DNA from: Nitrospinaceae bacterium
GTDB lineage: Bacteria; Nitrospinota; Nitrospinia; Nitrospinales; Nitrospinaceae
Assembly (NCBI GenBank): GCA_965237905.1
Contig: OZ250172.1
Span: 1,568,001 to 1,632,000, forward strand
Reading direction: 5' to 3'
Length of the DNA stretch: 64,000 nucleotides
This document shows positions 29,143-39,277 of the stretch, piece by piece. The notes under the pieces were generated by a model that saw only the letters and a list, made by a program, of their open reading frames with translations, had not been told where the DNA came from and searched no databases. How positions within the stretch are numbered: position 1 is the stretch's first letter; each line of letters starts with the position of its first letter. Position numbers and translations under genes: made by a program.

Positions 29143-30105
29143 TTACAAATCTCCGTCTGAATCAAATAAGGAACTCACAGACGATTCGCTGTGAATTCTG
29201 ATGATCGCCTCCCCAAACAAGGGGGCGACCGATAATATTTTAATTTTGCCGATTGCCTCCAACTCCTTAGACAACGGAATGGTGTTGGTGGAAATCACCG
29301 ATTTGATCGGCGAATTTTCTATCCGTTCCCCAGCCGGTCCTGACAGGACGGGATGGGTACACAACCCGTGCACTTCCGCGGCGCCGGCATCGAGCAGGGC
29401 GTTGGTGGCTTCAATCAAGGTACCGGCCGTGTCGATCATATCGTCTACGATGATGGCGACCTTGCCTTTGACATCGCCAATGATGTTCATGGCTTTGGCA
29501 ACATTGGGCCCTTCCCGCCGCTTATCAATAATGGCGAGAGACGTCCCCAACCGCTTGGCATACGCCCGGGCGCGTTCCACACCGCCCGCGTCGGGAGAAA
29601 TAACTACCGGATCCTTGTAATTGAGCTTCTTAATGTATCCGATCAACACGTTAATGGCAAACAAATGATCCACTGGAATGTTAAAAAATCCCTGTATCTG
29701 TCCGGCATGCAAATCCATCGTCAGCACCCGGTCGGTTCCCGCCGTGTGCAGGATATCGGCTACCAGTTTCGAGGTGATGGGCACCCGTGGCTCGCATTTG
29801 CGGTCCTGACGCGCGTATCCGTAATAGGGGATGACGGCGGTGATGCGCTTGGCCGAGGCCCGTTTGAGCGCGTCGATCATGATGAGCAGTTCCATCACAT
29901 TGGTGTTGCCGGGGGTGCAGGTGGACTGGATGACGAATACGTCTCCACCGCGCACATTTTCCTCGATACGGACAAAGATTTCCTCGTCGGAAAAGGCCTT
30001 GATGGCCGAATTGCCCATATGGATGTCCATATAATTACAGATTTCCTGAACAAGACCCGGATTGGATCTTCCGGAAAAGACCAGAACTTTGCCGTTATCA
30101 CCCAT
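29143..30105 (-). CDS. prs: ribose-phosphate pyrophosphokinase
   Basis: [45 protein letters not shown] 30105. Confidence 0.98.
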   Translation of the reverse strand: MGDNGKVLVFSGRSNPGLVQEICNYMDIHMGNSAIKAFSDEEIFVRIEENVRGGDVFVIQSTCTPGNTNVMELLIMIDALKRASAKRITAVIPYYGYARQDRKCEPRVPITSKLVADILHTAGTDRVLTMDLHAGQIQGFFNIPVDHLFAINVLIGYIKKLNYKDPVVISPDAGGVERARAYAKRLGTSLAIIDKRREGPNVAKAMNIIGDVKGKVAIIVDDMIDTAGTLIEATNALLDAGAAEVHGLCTHPVLSGPAGERIENSPIKSVISTNTIPLSKELEAIGKIKILSVAPLFGEAIIRIHSESSVSSLFDSDGDL

Positions 30106-30137
30106 TGTGTGTGTCTTCCCCTTGATGAAAGAAAAAA

Positions 30138-30213
30138 TGGCTGGGGCGGGAGGACTCGAACCTCCGAATGCAGGAATCAAAATCCTGTGTCTTAGCCACT
30201 TGACGACGCCCCA
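30138..30213 (-). tRNA. tRNA-Gln (TTG)
   Basis: tggggcgtcgtcaagtggctaagaca-cagga-ttTTGat-tcctg-cattcggaggttcgagtcctcccgccccagcca; usual ispE-tRNA-Gln-prs position. Confidence 0.97.
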
Positions 30214-30435
30214 GTAATTGTATGGCTATCCTTAAAAATTCAAAGTTATTGACTGCCTTATATTCCTCGAGAAGGCCATTTCTGTCCTCCCGAAACCTAT
30301 CATAAAACGGATGTTTACTAAAAGCGATTGTAATCGTTGCTAACCGATAGACGAGTGCTTAGAGAAATTGGGCAGGCTTGTGTGAATCAGAATATCATGA
30401 CATCTTGTGCCCCACAATGCTCGGGGACATGTATT

Positions 30436-31335
30436 TCAGGGATAATTGAGGAGATTCTCCGGCATAAACTCGGAAAAGCTGGATACGGTCTCGGTCAGAA
30501 ACGTATCCCAATCCTCCTCACAACATCGGGCATAGGCCTCCTGGGCCCTTTGTGGATTCTCAAAAATACCAAAAACCGCAGAACCGCTGCCAGAAAGCAG
30601 GGCTCCGTCCGCATTCAGGGAATTCAATTTCTGCTTGATGCTGGCAATTACTGGAATCCTTTTAATAACAATAGGTTCCAGATCATTATGCAAATGCGCA
30701 CCCAAACTTGTTATATTCGACTGGGAGAGAAATTCGCGCAAAATACTAATATTTTTTGAGTTTTTTGTCAAATCGAAATTGAGAGCCTGGTAGACCTCTG
30801 AAGTGGCCATGGAGACCCTCGGAAAAACCAAAATAACATGAAATTTTTTAGGCGGTTGCAAAGGAGTCAAACGTTCGCCCCGACCCTGCCCTAAAGCCGA
30901 AGGCGCGCACAGGAAGAAGGGTATATCTGATCCTAACTGAGCGGCTATTTTAGAAAGTTCAGCGGACTTCAGTTTCAGATCCCAGAGCCGGTTCAACCCG
31001 CTCAGGACTCCGGCCGCGTTGCCACTGCCGCCTCCCAACCCGGCGCCCATGGGTATCTTCTTTTTCAGAACCATGCGACAGCCCAGCCCGGTCTTCTCCG
31101 GAACGGCCCCCCGCAACAGACGAGCGGCCCGGATCATTAGATTGCTCTCATCAACGGGCACCTTCGGATCGTCGCACACCAGTTCGATCTTGTTCTCAAG
31201 GGACTCCAATTCCACGGTATCGTACAGGCTGACCATTTGGAAAAGAGTCTCCAAATCGTGATATCCATCGGGGCGTTTGCCGAGAATGAAAAGTCCGAGA
31301 TTGATTTTGGCGGGGGTTTTAAAAACAAGTTTCAT
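30436..31335 (-). CDS. ispE: 4-diphosphocytidyl-2-C-methyl-D-erythritol kinase
   Basis: PAKINL.L...KRPDGYH, IPMGAGLGGGS, LGSDIPFF, LSGSGS. Confidence 0.96.
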   Translation of the reverse strand: MKLVFKTPAKINLGLFILGKRPDGYHDLETLFQMVSLYDTVELESLENKIELVCDDPKVPVDESNLMIRAARLLRGAVPEKTGLGCRMVLKKKIPMGAGLGGGSGNAAGVLSGLNRLWDLKLKSAELSKIAAQLGSDIPFFLCAPSALGQGRGERLTPLQPPKKFHVILVFPRVSMATSEVYQALNFDLTKNSKNISILREFLSQSNITSLGAHLHNDLEPIVIKRIPVIASIKQKLNSLNADGALLSGSGSAVFGIFENPQRAQEAYARCCEEDWDTFLTETVSSFSEFMPENLLNYP

Positions 31336-31350
31336 GGGTCGGGATGGGGT

Positions 31351-32136
31351 TCAATGACTTTCGGGCATATTCAATTGAAAGGCGTCTTCCGGCACCCCTT
31401 GATTGATGAGGGGATTATTGAATTTCATGACCAGCTCATCGCCTATCAGCGGACGTTGCACGGTAATGGTATGGGGGAACAGGTGCCCTTCCGCTTTTTG
31501 GTAATCTTCCCATCGCACTGTGTAAACCTGTTTCCCATCTTTCCATTTAACCAGCCGAACGGGAAGAAGGGTCTTCGTCTCCACTTCAATCTCCAGCGGG
31601 TCGTTGCGCTCGGAATCAACGGCGGTAATTTGATAGTTTCCGGTTTTGGGGTTCCAGCGGACGCCTTTCAGGTTGAGCGAAGCGAGCCGGGGAATCTTGC
31701 CCGAAAACACGCTGATGTATTCGCGAAAATCGAAAACCGTTCCAAACGTCCGCATCATGATATCCCACACCTCCCTATTCCGGTACAGTTTGTTGCTTTT
31801 GGTATCGTACAGAAGAATTTGAGTTTGATCGGAAATCAACACGCCGACCGGTTGACTGAACAGATTCAGGGTATCCAGCCGCAACGAGGTGTCTCCATCA
31901 ATTAAGAGCGCCTGTTTGAGGTTGTGGCTCCTCTCCGGAGTCTTGATCGCGGACTTGACCCTGGATTTGACATTATGAATGCCCTCCTGCTGGGTCGTCA
32001 ATTGTTGGGAAATCTCATCGAGAGTGAGGAACTGTGCCGGAGGTTCGACCGGTCTGGGAGGCGGAAGGGTTTCACAGGCTGTCAGAACACCTGCCAAAAG
32101 ACACAGGAAGACCGGGAGTTTAAGTTTTCGTCTCAT
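31351..32136 (-). CDS. LolB-like/DUF4292-like outer-membrane lipoprotein
   Basis: Lipobox LTAC; beta-rich; sits in the TPR-lolB-ispE position. Confidence 0.65.
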   Translation of the reverse strand: MRRKLKLPVFLCLLAGVLTACETLPPPRPVEPPAQFLTLDEISQQLTTQQEGIHNVKSRVKSAIKTPERSHNLKQALLIDGDTSLRLDTLNLFSQPVGVLISDQTQILLYDTKSNKLYRNREVWDIMMRTFGTVFDFREYISVFSGKIPRLASLNLKGVRWNPKTGNYQITAVDSERNDPLEIEVETKTLLPVRLVKWKDGKQVYTVRWEDYQKAEGHLFPHTITVQRPLIGDELVMKFNNPLINQGVPEDAFQLNMPESH

Positions 32137-32163
32137 CAAAGTGATTGGCAGGAGGGAAAGAAA

Positions 32164-34461
32164 TCAAAAACTTTGTAACATCAATTGGTCCGCCTTACGG
32201 ATTTTCTCACGGAGTTTGTCCGGATCGGGTATTTCTCCGGCCGGGTCCTCCAGCTTCTTCAGAGTCAACGCCAGGCTGGTTTTCCAGGCTTTACGGGCTT
32301 GCGTGACATCATCCATGGAAAAATACACGTCTCCCAAATGGTCATAGAGCACGGGATCGGGCTGGGCGTACACCATGGCTTTTTTAATGTGCACCAAGGC
32401 CTGCTTCGGCTCGCCCTTTTTGTGATAAATCCATCCCAGGCTGTCCAAAAAATATCCGTTTCGGGGCTGAATATTCAACGCCTGCTTCAAGTGACTCAAA
32501 GCCTTGTCGAGGTCTTCTCCCTTCGTCGCGTAAATATACCCGATGAAGTTGTGCGCATTGGAATGGTGCGGATTGATTTCCAAAGTCTGTTTCATGCTGG
32601 CAATGGCCTTGTCGTATTGCCCCAACCGTTCAAGGAGGGCTCCCTGCTCAAAATAATACGTATCTTTTTTGTCATTCAGTTTGATGGCCTTGTTGATATT
32701 CTGGTAGGCCTCTTCATTTTCATTCAGAGACATGTGGGCCAGTGCCAGCGCATGATAAAACCGGTCATTAGCAGGGTCTATGATCACCGCCTTTTTCAAG
32801 AGCTCGATCGATTTTTTCATCTCCTTGTTGAGTCCGTAAAGCCGGGCCAGGTTCAACAGGATATCAACCGATTCTTCACCGGTGTCGTCCTTTCGATAGG
32901 CTTCCACTTCGGTGATGGCTTTATCCATTCTTCCGAACAACTCATAAATTTTGGCGATGACGAGGCGCAATTCCTTGTCTTCTTCATTGGCGAGCGCCAA
33001 GCGAAACTCGTCTACCGCTTCGAGATAAATCGCCTGCTCATAAAAAATGATGCCGATCTGGGTATGGATGTTGGCCTCATCCGGTTCGAAAGGAGGCATT
33101 TTTGCTACTTCCACGTTGTCGGTCGATTGGGCATCAGCGGCAAAGTTGAACCGTTTTAAATGTTCGTTGATTTTTTTATCGCCGGGTTTCAGTTTCAAAA
33201 TAATTTTGTACTGCTCCATGGCCTCCGGATATTTTTTCTGAAGCTCCAGCACACTGGCCAGGTTTTCCCGGGCTTCGATGAAACTGGGGCGAAGGGTCAG
33301 GGACTTCTTGAACTTCTCTTCCGCGCTTTGCATTTCACCGGTACGCGCCAGGGCCGATCCCAAGTAGTGATACCCCAGAGGGTTGGCCGGTGCGACCACG
33401 GTGGCCTGATGGAACAGTTCGCGCGCACCCTTGTATTGCTTTAACGCCCGCAGGTTGTACCCGGCGAGCAAATAAGTGCGGGCGTTGGAAGGTTCAACTT
33501 CCATGACTTTTTTATAGTGATCCAAGGCCTCCTGATATTTGCCCTGACTGGATAAAATGTCACCCATGGCCATATGGACCCGCACATTATTTGGAAAACG
33601 GCTGATCGCGTCCTTTCCGGCTTCCAGCGCCTGCTGAAATTGACCGGTGCGCAAATACAGGCTGACCAGATGGGTGTGTAGACTTTCACGGTTCGGATCG
33701 AACTGAACAACCAGCGCATAGCGCCGGGCGGCTTCGTCAAAATCTCCTTCCCGCTCGTACTGGTACGCTCTTAAATAATGATAATACGCGCGCGGATCAC
33801 GGTAATTTCTGTCGGGATATTTTTTGTTGAGCGCCTGAACCTGCCGGACAGCATAGGATGATTTGGATGAACCGAGGGTCATCGAAGGCATCTCAGTACG
33901 CGCATCCACTTGTATCGCTTTGGAATGGCTGGAGGGTTGCAACGAAGCACAATTGGCAAGGATAAACACACTCACCAACGCCAGGGCGACAAAGCGGAGT
34001 TTTGTACTGAGGCGGGCAAGACGCTCCCGTAACTCGGGGTCCGTGATCGGCTTCAAGTGTTCCTCTCGGGCAACAGTATTCTTATCCATAGGTTGATTAT
34101 AACTCGGGGATGCCGAGATTTTTAAGGGTTTGTTGGAGTGAATGGGGACACCTTCGACTTGTTTAACTATTATCTCCTTAAAGCCTTTAGAATCAAACAT
34201 TTTATTCAATTTAGCCAGGATTTTCCGCTCGTAGGTGTGCAATACAGGCACCCATTCCTGCCCTTTAACCTCCACAAAAAGAGTGCTTTTGGCCACTTTA
34301 ACGACCCGCGACCAGCTCCCGATTTCCTCTCCGACCACCAGGCTCCAGAGCAGGTTGATCTGGTTTAACTCCGAGTCGGGAGTTGCGGGCAGCGATTTGA
34401 TCGATTCGGCTAGAACTTCACCCATCGAACTCCAGCCGAAGGATTTTTTCTGTTGCGCCAA
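32164..34461 (-). CDS. DUF721/DciA-like domain fused to lipobox-bearing TPR protein
   Basis: N-terminal W..VVG..I.......L.V.V....W...L......I..KLN pattern; internal hydrophobic stretch ending LANC; many TPRs with NAHNFIGY and LDSLGW. Confidence 0.8.
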   Translation of the reverse strand: MAQQKKSFGWSSMGEVLAESIKSLPATPDSELNQINLLWSLVVGEEIGSWSRVVKVAKSTLFVEVKGQEWVPVLHTYERKILAKLNKMFDSKGFKEIIVKQVEGVPIHSNKPLKISASPSYNQPMDKNTVAREEHLKPITDPELRERLARLSTKLRFVALALVSVFILANCASLQPSSHSKAIQVDARTEMPSMTLGSSKSSYAVRQVQALNKKYPDRNYRDPRAYYHYLRAYQYEREGDFDEAARRYALVVQFDPNRESLHTHLVSLYLRTGQFQQALEAGKDAISRFPNNVRVHMAMGDILSSQGKYQEALDHYKKVMEVEPSNARTYLLAGYNLRALKQYKGARELFHQATVVAPANPLGYHYLGSALARTGEMQSAEEKFKKSLTLRPSFIEARENLASVLELQKKYPEAMEQYKIILKLKPGDKKINEHLKRFNFAADAQSTDNVEVAKMPPFEPDEANIHTQIGIIFYEQAIYLEAVDEFRLALANEEDKELRLVIAKIYELFGRMDKAITEVEAYRKDDTGEESVDILLNLARLYGLNKEMKKSIELLKKAVIIDPANDRFYHALALAHMSLNENEEAYQNINKAIKLNDKKDTYYFEQGALLERLGQYDKAIASMKQTLEINPHHSNAHNFIGYIYATKGEDLDKALSHLKQALNIQPRNGYFLDSLGWIYHKKGEPKQALVHIKKAMVYAQPDPVLYDHLGDVYFSMDDVTQARKAWKTSLALTLKKLEDPAGEIPDPDKLREKIRKADQLMLQSF

Positions 34462-34664
34462 GTGGATAACCCCGCTTCAATCACATAGAGTGTTAATAAT
34501 AGTAGTTTAGATAGAATTGCGCGCTTTTCATAGTTTAAATTAGTCTAAATTTCTCTTGCCGGTTCACGGTATCGAATAAGTACTTGTTTTTGTATTTATA
34601 ACTCCAATTGAGTGGGCTCCGATATTACAATGGAAGAGAACCTTTAGAGTACTCTTTGACTTAT

Positions 34665-36155
34665 ATGCGACCACGAATCCTCCTGATCCTCCTCGGCATC
34701 CTCAGCACAGTCCTCTACCTTGCGATGTGGCATATTTCTTACCAGTTCAACTGGGGAGAAGGTTACCGCGACCGCCCCATCCTGATTTACCTGGCGATCT
34801 ATTTCAGCTTGTTCGCCAGTTACGCGGGGGCCGTCTGGATCATCTGGCAACGGACGAAGGAGGACTCACGACTGTTGTGGACCCTGATCGTGCTCGGCCT
34901 CTTGTTCCGCGCCGCCCTCCTGCCCGCGCAACAGATTCAGGAAGACGACGTGTATCGCTATTTGTGGGACGGCAAGGTGTTCGCCCACGAGGTCAACCCC
35001 TATAAGTTCTCGCCGATGGAAGTGACACGCTTCAAGCAGTTCCTCATCCAGGACCCGGAGACGTTTGAACAAACGTACGACACCCGGAGCATAGCCGAGT
35101 TGTCCCAACTCTACGATCTGAAATGGGCAAGTCCGGAAAGTATGGTGTATCAGGAGCGCATCAACCACCCCCAGGTGGCGACGATCTATCCGCCGCTGGC
35201 GCAAATGGTGTTCCGGCTGGCACACCATATCCAACCCGACAGCATCATCACCCTGCGGCTTTTATTTCTGGTGTTCGACCTCGTGGCACTGATGTTCATC
35301 GTGTTGACGTTGCAGGCGCTAGGCATCAACCGGCTTTGGGCGATGGTGTATTTCTGGTGCCCGCTGGTGATTAAGGAGACGTTCAACTCGACGCACCTCG
35401 ACATCATCGGGATCGCCATGTTGTGCGGCATGTTGTACTGTCTGGTGCAGAAACGATTCTTTTCCGCCAACGCGTTTCTGGCGCTCAGTGTGGTGGGAAA
35501 ACTCTACCCCGCCATCCTGCTTCCTCTCATCCTCAAACAACAGTGGGCGGGCAAGGCCCGCAGCAAAAATTCCCTACTGGAATGCAGTCTTAGTGTTTTG
35601 TTCTTCGGTGGGATCGTTGCGCTGTTTTACCTGCCATTTATCGAGATCGGCGCGCAAAATTTTTCCGGCCTGGCGACATACGCTACGCGCTGGCAACAGA
35701 ACGACAGCATCTTCGCGCTTCTCGTCGGATTCTTCGGCCTGTTTGTGGAGTCGAACGGACCCGTCCCCTTCTCCTACGACCTGCCGTCCTTGCTGGCAAA
35801 GATTGCCGTGGCGTTGATGCTTGGCGCAGTGATGCTGTATCTGCTGTTCTGGAGAAAGGAAACGGAGAACCCGGAACCCAAGGCGGTACTAGAACCGCTC
35901 TTCATTATAATGGTGCTCGTGTTCCTGCTGAGCCCGGTGCAGAATCCCTGGTACCTGTGCTGGGTGGTGCCTTTCCTGTGCGTCTTCCCCTGGCGCGCGG
36001 GGATTCTATTGACCGGCCTCGTCGGCCTCTACTACCTCGACTTCTACTTCGACTACCAGGATATCAACCAATACGCCCCCTGGATCCCCTGGTTCGAATA
36101 CATCCCGTTTTATCTTTTCCTGGGATTGGAATTAAAATCTAAAAAACTCTCATAA
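34665..36155 (+). CDS. polytopic membrane glycosyltransferase-like protein (GT-C / GT87-like)
   Basis: EDDVYRYLWDG, INHP...TIYPP.AQ, NPWY; many TM helices. Confidence 0.75.
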   Translation: MRPRILLILLGILSTVLYLAMWHISYQFNWGEGYRDRPILIYLAIYFSLFASYAGAVWIIWQRTKEDSRLLWTLIVLGLLFRAALLPAQQIQEDDVYRYLWDGKVFAHEVNPYKFSPMEVTRFKQFLIQDPETFEQTYDTRSIAELSQLYDLKWASPESMVYQERINHPQVATIYPPLAQMVFRLAHHIQPDSIITLRLLFLVFDLVALMFIVLTLQALGINRLWAMVYFWCPLVIKETFNSTHLDIIGIAMLCGMLYCLVQKRFFSANAFLALSVVGKLYPAILLPLILKQQWAGKARSKNSLLECSLSVLFFGGIVALFYLPFIEIGAQNFSGLATYATRWQQNDSIFALLVGFFGLFVESNGPVPFSYDLPSLLAKIAVALMLGAVMLYLLFWRKETENPEPKAVLEPLFIIMVLVFLLSPVQNPWYLCWVVPFLCVFPWRAGILLTGLVGLYYLDFYFDYQDINQYAPWIPWFEYIPFYLFLGLELKSKKLS

Positions 36156-36179
36156 TCGAACTCAGCCCTACGGATCCAG

Positions 36180-37670
36180 CTAATCCGGTTTTTTGAGGCC
36201 GAGTTTTTTGATCTTGGAGTGCAGGGTGGTGGGTTTCATTCCGAGGATTTCTGCCGCGCCATCGGGTCCGGTGATTTTCCAGCCGCATTGATTGAGGGCG
36301 TTCAATAGATTCTCCCGGTCCCGCTGTTTCATTTCCTCTTCCGTCAAGACAGGCTTTTCAGCATCGGACGCTCGCCGTCTATCCTCTTTTCCGCGTCTGC
36401 CATTGCCCTTTATTCCCTGGGTCAGGTGAAACGCAAGTTTGCCGGAACGTGCGGTGATGATGGCGCGTTCGATCACGTTTTGCAATTCCCGCACATTGCC
36501 GGGCCAGTCGTAACCCTGAAGCTCAAGCATATTGGCCTTTGTGAATTGAGGAAGCGGGAGGTTTAACTTGCTGGCCGCCTGATTAAGAAAACGGTTCGCC
36601 AAGCTGGGGATATCTTCTTTCCGATCGCGCAGGGGCGGCACCTCTATGGGAAATACGTTCAGACGGTAAAACAGGTCTTCGCGGAAACGTTTCGCCAGCA
36701 CCTCCTCTTTCAAATTGCGGTTGGTGGCGGTAATGATGCGCACATCCGTCTTGCGGGTTTGTTCATCGCCGATACGTTCATAAGTACCTTCCTGCAAAAC
36801 GCGCAGTAATTTGCTCTGGAGATCCAAAGGCACCTCTCCAATCTCATCCAGGAACAATGTCCCGCCATCGGCCAGTTGAAAACGGCCCGCCCGGTCTTTG
36901 ATGGCTCCCGTGAACGCGCCTTTGACATGCCCGAAGAATTCGCTTTCATACAGTTCTTTGGGGATGGAAGCGCAATTGACTTTGATCATGGTGCGTTTCC
37001 GGCGGGCGCTGCGATTGTGAATCTCCCGCGCCACCAGCTCCTTGCCGGTGCCCGACTCGCCGGTAATCAGCACACTGGCGTCGGTCGGTCCCACCATCTC
37101 GATTTGTCGCAGGATGCTTTCCAAGGCCGGACTGCTGCCGACAATTTCCCCATAAGCCTTGGCTTCCAGGACCTCTTCATTGAGATAGGCGTTTTCCAAT
37201 TCCAATTGACGCCGCAGGCGCTGGATTTCCTCTTCCGCCTGTTTGCGCGCGCTGATGTCCCGGAACACGACCACGGCTCCCCGCAATTTCAGATTTTCCC
37301 AAATGGGAGTGCTGACATACTCCACCGGGAAGGAGGTGCCGTCTTTCCGCCAGAACACCTCATTGGAAACCGTATGGACTTTGCCATCTTTGAAAGCCGC
37401 ATAAATAGGACATTCCAAATTGGAATAGGCTGTTCGGTCGGATTTCGAATGGTGAATCAGTTTATGTTGGCAAACTCCAATCATTTCCTTGGCGGTGTAT
37501 CCGGTCATTTTCTGCGCGGCGGGATTCACAAAGGTGGTCTTACCTTCTGTATCAATACCGTAAATTCCCTCACCCGCCGACTCCAGAACCAGCTTGTTCA
37601 GGTGGCGGACACCTTTTAATGCTTGATCGGTAAGTTCTACCTGCGCTTTGTTTTCGGGACGCATTTTCAT
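36180..37670 (-). CDS. PAS-domain sigma-54-dependent transcriptional activator (bEBP)
   Basis: PAS (EGIYGID..G....VNPAA..MTGY...RKDG..FPVE), GESGTGKE, GAFTGA, LFLDEIGE, WPGNVREL, HTH; start supported by homologous remnant at 40907. Confidence 0.96.
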   Translation of the reverse strand: MKMRPENKAQVELTDQALKGVRHLNKLVLESAGEGIYGIDTEGKTTFVNPAAQKMTGYTAKEMIGVCQHKLIHHSKSDRTAYSNLECPIYAAFKDGKVHTVSNEVFWRKDGTSFPVEYVSTPIWENLKLRGAVVVFRDISARKQAEEEIQRLRRQLELENAYLNEEVLEAKAYGEIVGSSPALESILRQIEMVGPTDASVLITGESGTGKELVAREIHNRSARRKRTMIKVNCASIPKELYESEFFGHVKGAFTGAIKDRAGRFQLADGGTLFLDEIGEVPLDLQSKLLRVLQEGTYERIGDEQTRKTDVRIITATNRNLKEEVLAKRFREDLFYRLNVFPIEVPPLRDRKEDIPSLANRFLNQAASKLNLPLPQFTKANMLELQGYDWPGNVRELQNVIERAIITARSGKLAFHLTQGIKGNGRRGKEDRRRASDAEKPVLTEEEMKQRDRENLLNALNQCGWKITGPDGAAEILGMKPTTLHSKIKKLGLKKPD

Positions 37671-37684
37671 GCCAGCAATATATC

Positions 37685-37818
37685 CCAATCTTCGTAACTT
37701 GCCCACTAAATCTCGCTATTAACGAAATTTCGCTACTTCCTCAACCTCCCCTATAACCCAATAATCCGTTTAGAAATAGCAGTTTACAAGATATCTCCAT
37801 TTTGGCACGGGACCTGCT
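37685..37818 (+). promoter_or_regulatory. sigma-54 promoter 1 with three upstream activator-like boxes
   Basis: TGGCAC-gggac-CTGC at 37803-37817; boxes at 37685, 37706, 37723 (consensus CNAAATTTCG). Confidence 0.85.
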
Positions 37819-37909
37819 CTATACCAGTCAATGCTGCAAAGAAAATAAGAAACCGTTTCGATCTACTTCCCTTAGGCGAAACCTTTAAAACTTTCAAAAG
37901 GAGAACAAC

Positions 37910-38326
37910 ATGCCTCTTACACTCACACTTACCGAAGGTGTTCTTCCACGCAGTTCAGAAAAACAAGCAGTCGAGCAACTCACTGACGCCATGCTGGAAC
38001 GACACGGCCTCACCGGCAATAAAGTCATGACACCCAACATCACCGCGAATGTTCATGTGGTGCCCAAAGGATCCTCGTTTTCTGGCGGCAAAGAATTCGC
38101 CGGCGCCTGGGTTGAATGGAAAGTCCCTTCGTTTGCGTTTAACACCCGAGAGCTCCACCAGGGCTATTTCAAGGACGCCACCGACATCATTCAAAAACTG
38201 TCAGGCGGCAAACAACCTCGAGACAACATCTACGTGAACGTCGTCCACACGGTCGATGGCGCCTGGAATCTCGATGGCAAAGCGATGACCAACGAAGAGC
38301 TGGGTCAGGCAATTTCAGAAGGCTAA
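37910..38326 (+). CDS. tautomerase-superfamily (4-OT-like) protein
   Basis: N-terminal Met-Pro; beta-alpha-beta pattern; RBS aggag. Confidence 0.75.
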   Translation: MPLTLTLTEGVLPRSSEKQAVEQLTDAMLERHGLTGNKVMTPNITANVHVVPKGSSFSGGKEFAGAWVEWKVPSFAFNTRELHQGYFKDATDIIQKLSGGKQPRDNIYVNVVHTVDGAWNLDGKAMTNEELGQAISEG

Positions 38327-38406
38327 CCGCCTGAGTTCCTGTGGCCCTCATTTGGGGCCACTTATAAACAGATTAGGGCCGAAGGGTCCATAAGGAGGAT
38401 AAACAA

Positions 38407-39138
38407 ATGAGCCACTACATCCTAATTCACGGAGCCTGGGAAGAATCACGAGCCTGGGACGACGTTTTACCGGTTCTGCAGCAAAACGGTCATACGGTAA
38501 CGGCCATTGATCTGCCTGGTAATGGCAAGAATAAGCAACCGATCCCGCAAGTGACGATGGCAAGTTACATACAAACCGTTGTCAATGTGATCAAGCAGCT
38601 TGACCATCAGATTATTTTGGTGGGTCACAGCATGACCGGTGCGGTTATCTCGCAGGTGGCTGAACAGATACCTGAGAAAATCGAAAGACTGATCTACGTT
38701 GCCGCATTCTTGTTGAAAAACGGTGGATCTGTTTTGGAAGCAATGCAAAGCGACGCCGAGGGCGAGTTCCTTCCGGAAATAGTGTTTTCAGATGATCAAA
38801 CCTACGCCACGGTTCCAGAGCAGGCACTGCGGAGTATCGGTTTTCATGACGTCGAAGAAACGGTCATTCAACGCGTTCTGCCGCTAATGACTGAACAACA
38901 AGCGACTGAGCCATTTATGGCCAAGGTCGTGGTGAGTGAGGAAAATTTTGGTTCTGTGCCAAAAACTTACATTCGCACCACCATCGATAAAGTCACTTCC
39001 CCTGCATTACAAGACACGATGATTGCCAACTGGGGAGTCGAAACCGTTCATGATTTAGAGTCTGGACATTTCCCAGCGTTTTCAGTACCGGAAAAATTAG
39101 CAGGGTTAATGCTTCAAAGAAAGTTAGAAACGGTTTAG
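38407..39138 (+). CDS. alpha/beta hydrolase (methylesterase-like)
   Basis: LIHGAW, DLPGNG, GHSMTG, D..SP..Q, SGHFP. Confidence 0.9.
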   Translation: MSHYILIHGAWEESRAWDDVLPVLQQNGHTVTAIDLPGNGKNKQPIPQVTMASYIQTVVNVIKQLDHQIILVGHSMTGAVISQVAEQIPEKIERLIYVAAFLLKNGGSVLEAMQSDAEGEFLPEIVFSDDQTYATVPEQALRSIGFHDVEETVIQRVLPLMTEQQATEPFMAKVVVSEENFGSVPKTYIRTTIDKVTSPALQDTMIANWGVETVHDLESGHFPAFSVPEKLAGLMLQRKLETV

Positions 39139-39277
39139 TCCGACTTCCCTTAGGTGAAACTTTTAAAACTTAACCGATCCGTCCCCTGCTTTTCGCAGGG
39201 GGCGGATGAAAGGAAATGACCCTGAACCCGACTGAGTAGGAGAAGGTCATTAAAAAGAGAAAAAAGAGGAAAAAATC

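Noticed and set aside
30337..30759. 140-aa ORF between tRNA-Gln and ispE
   Set aside because: Mostly antisense to ispE with no motifs.
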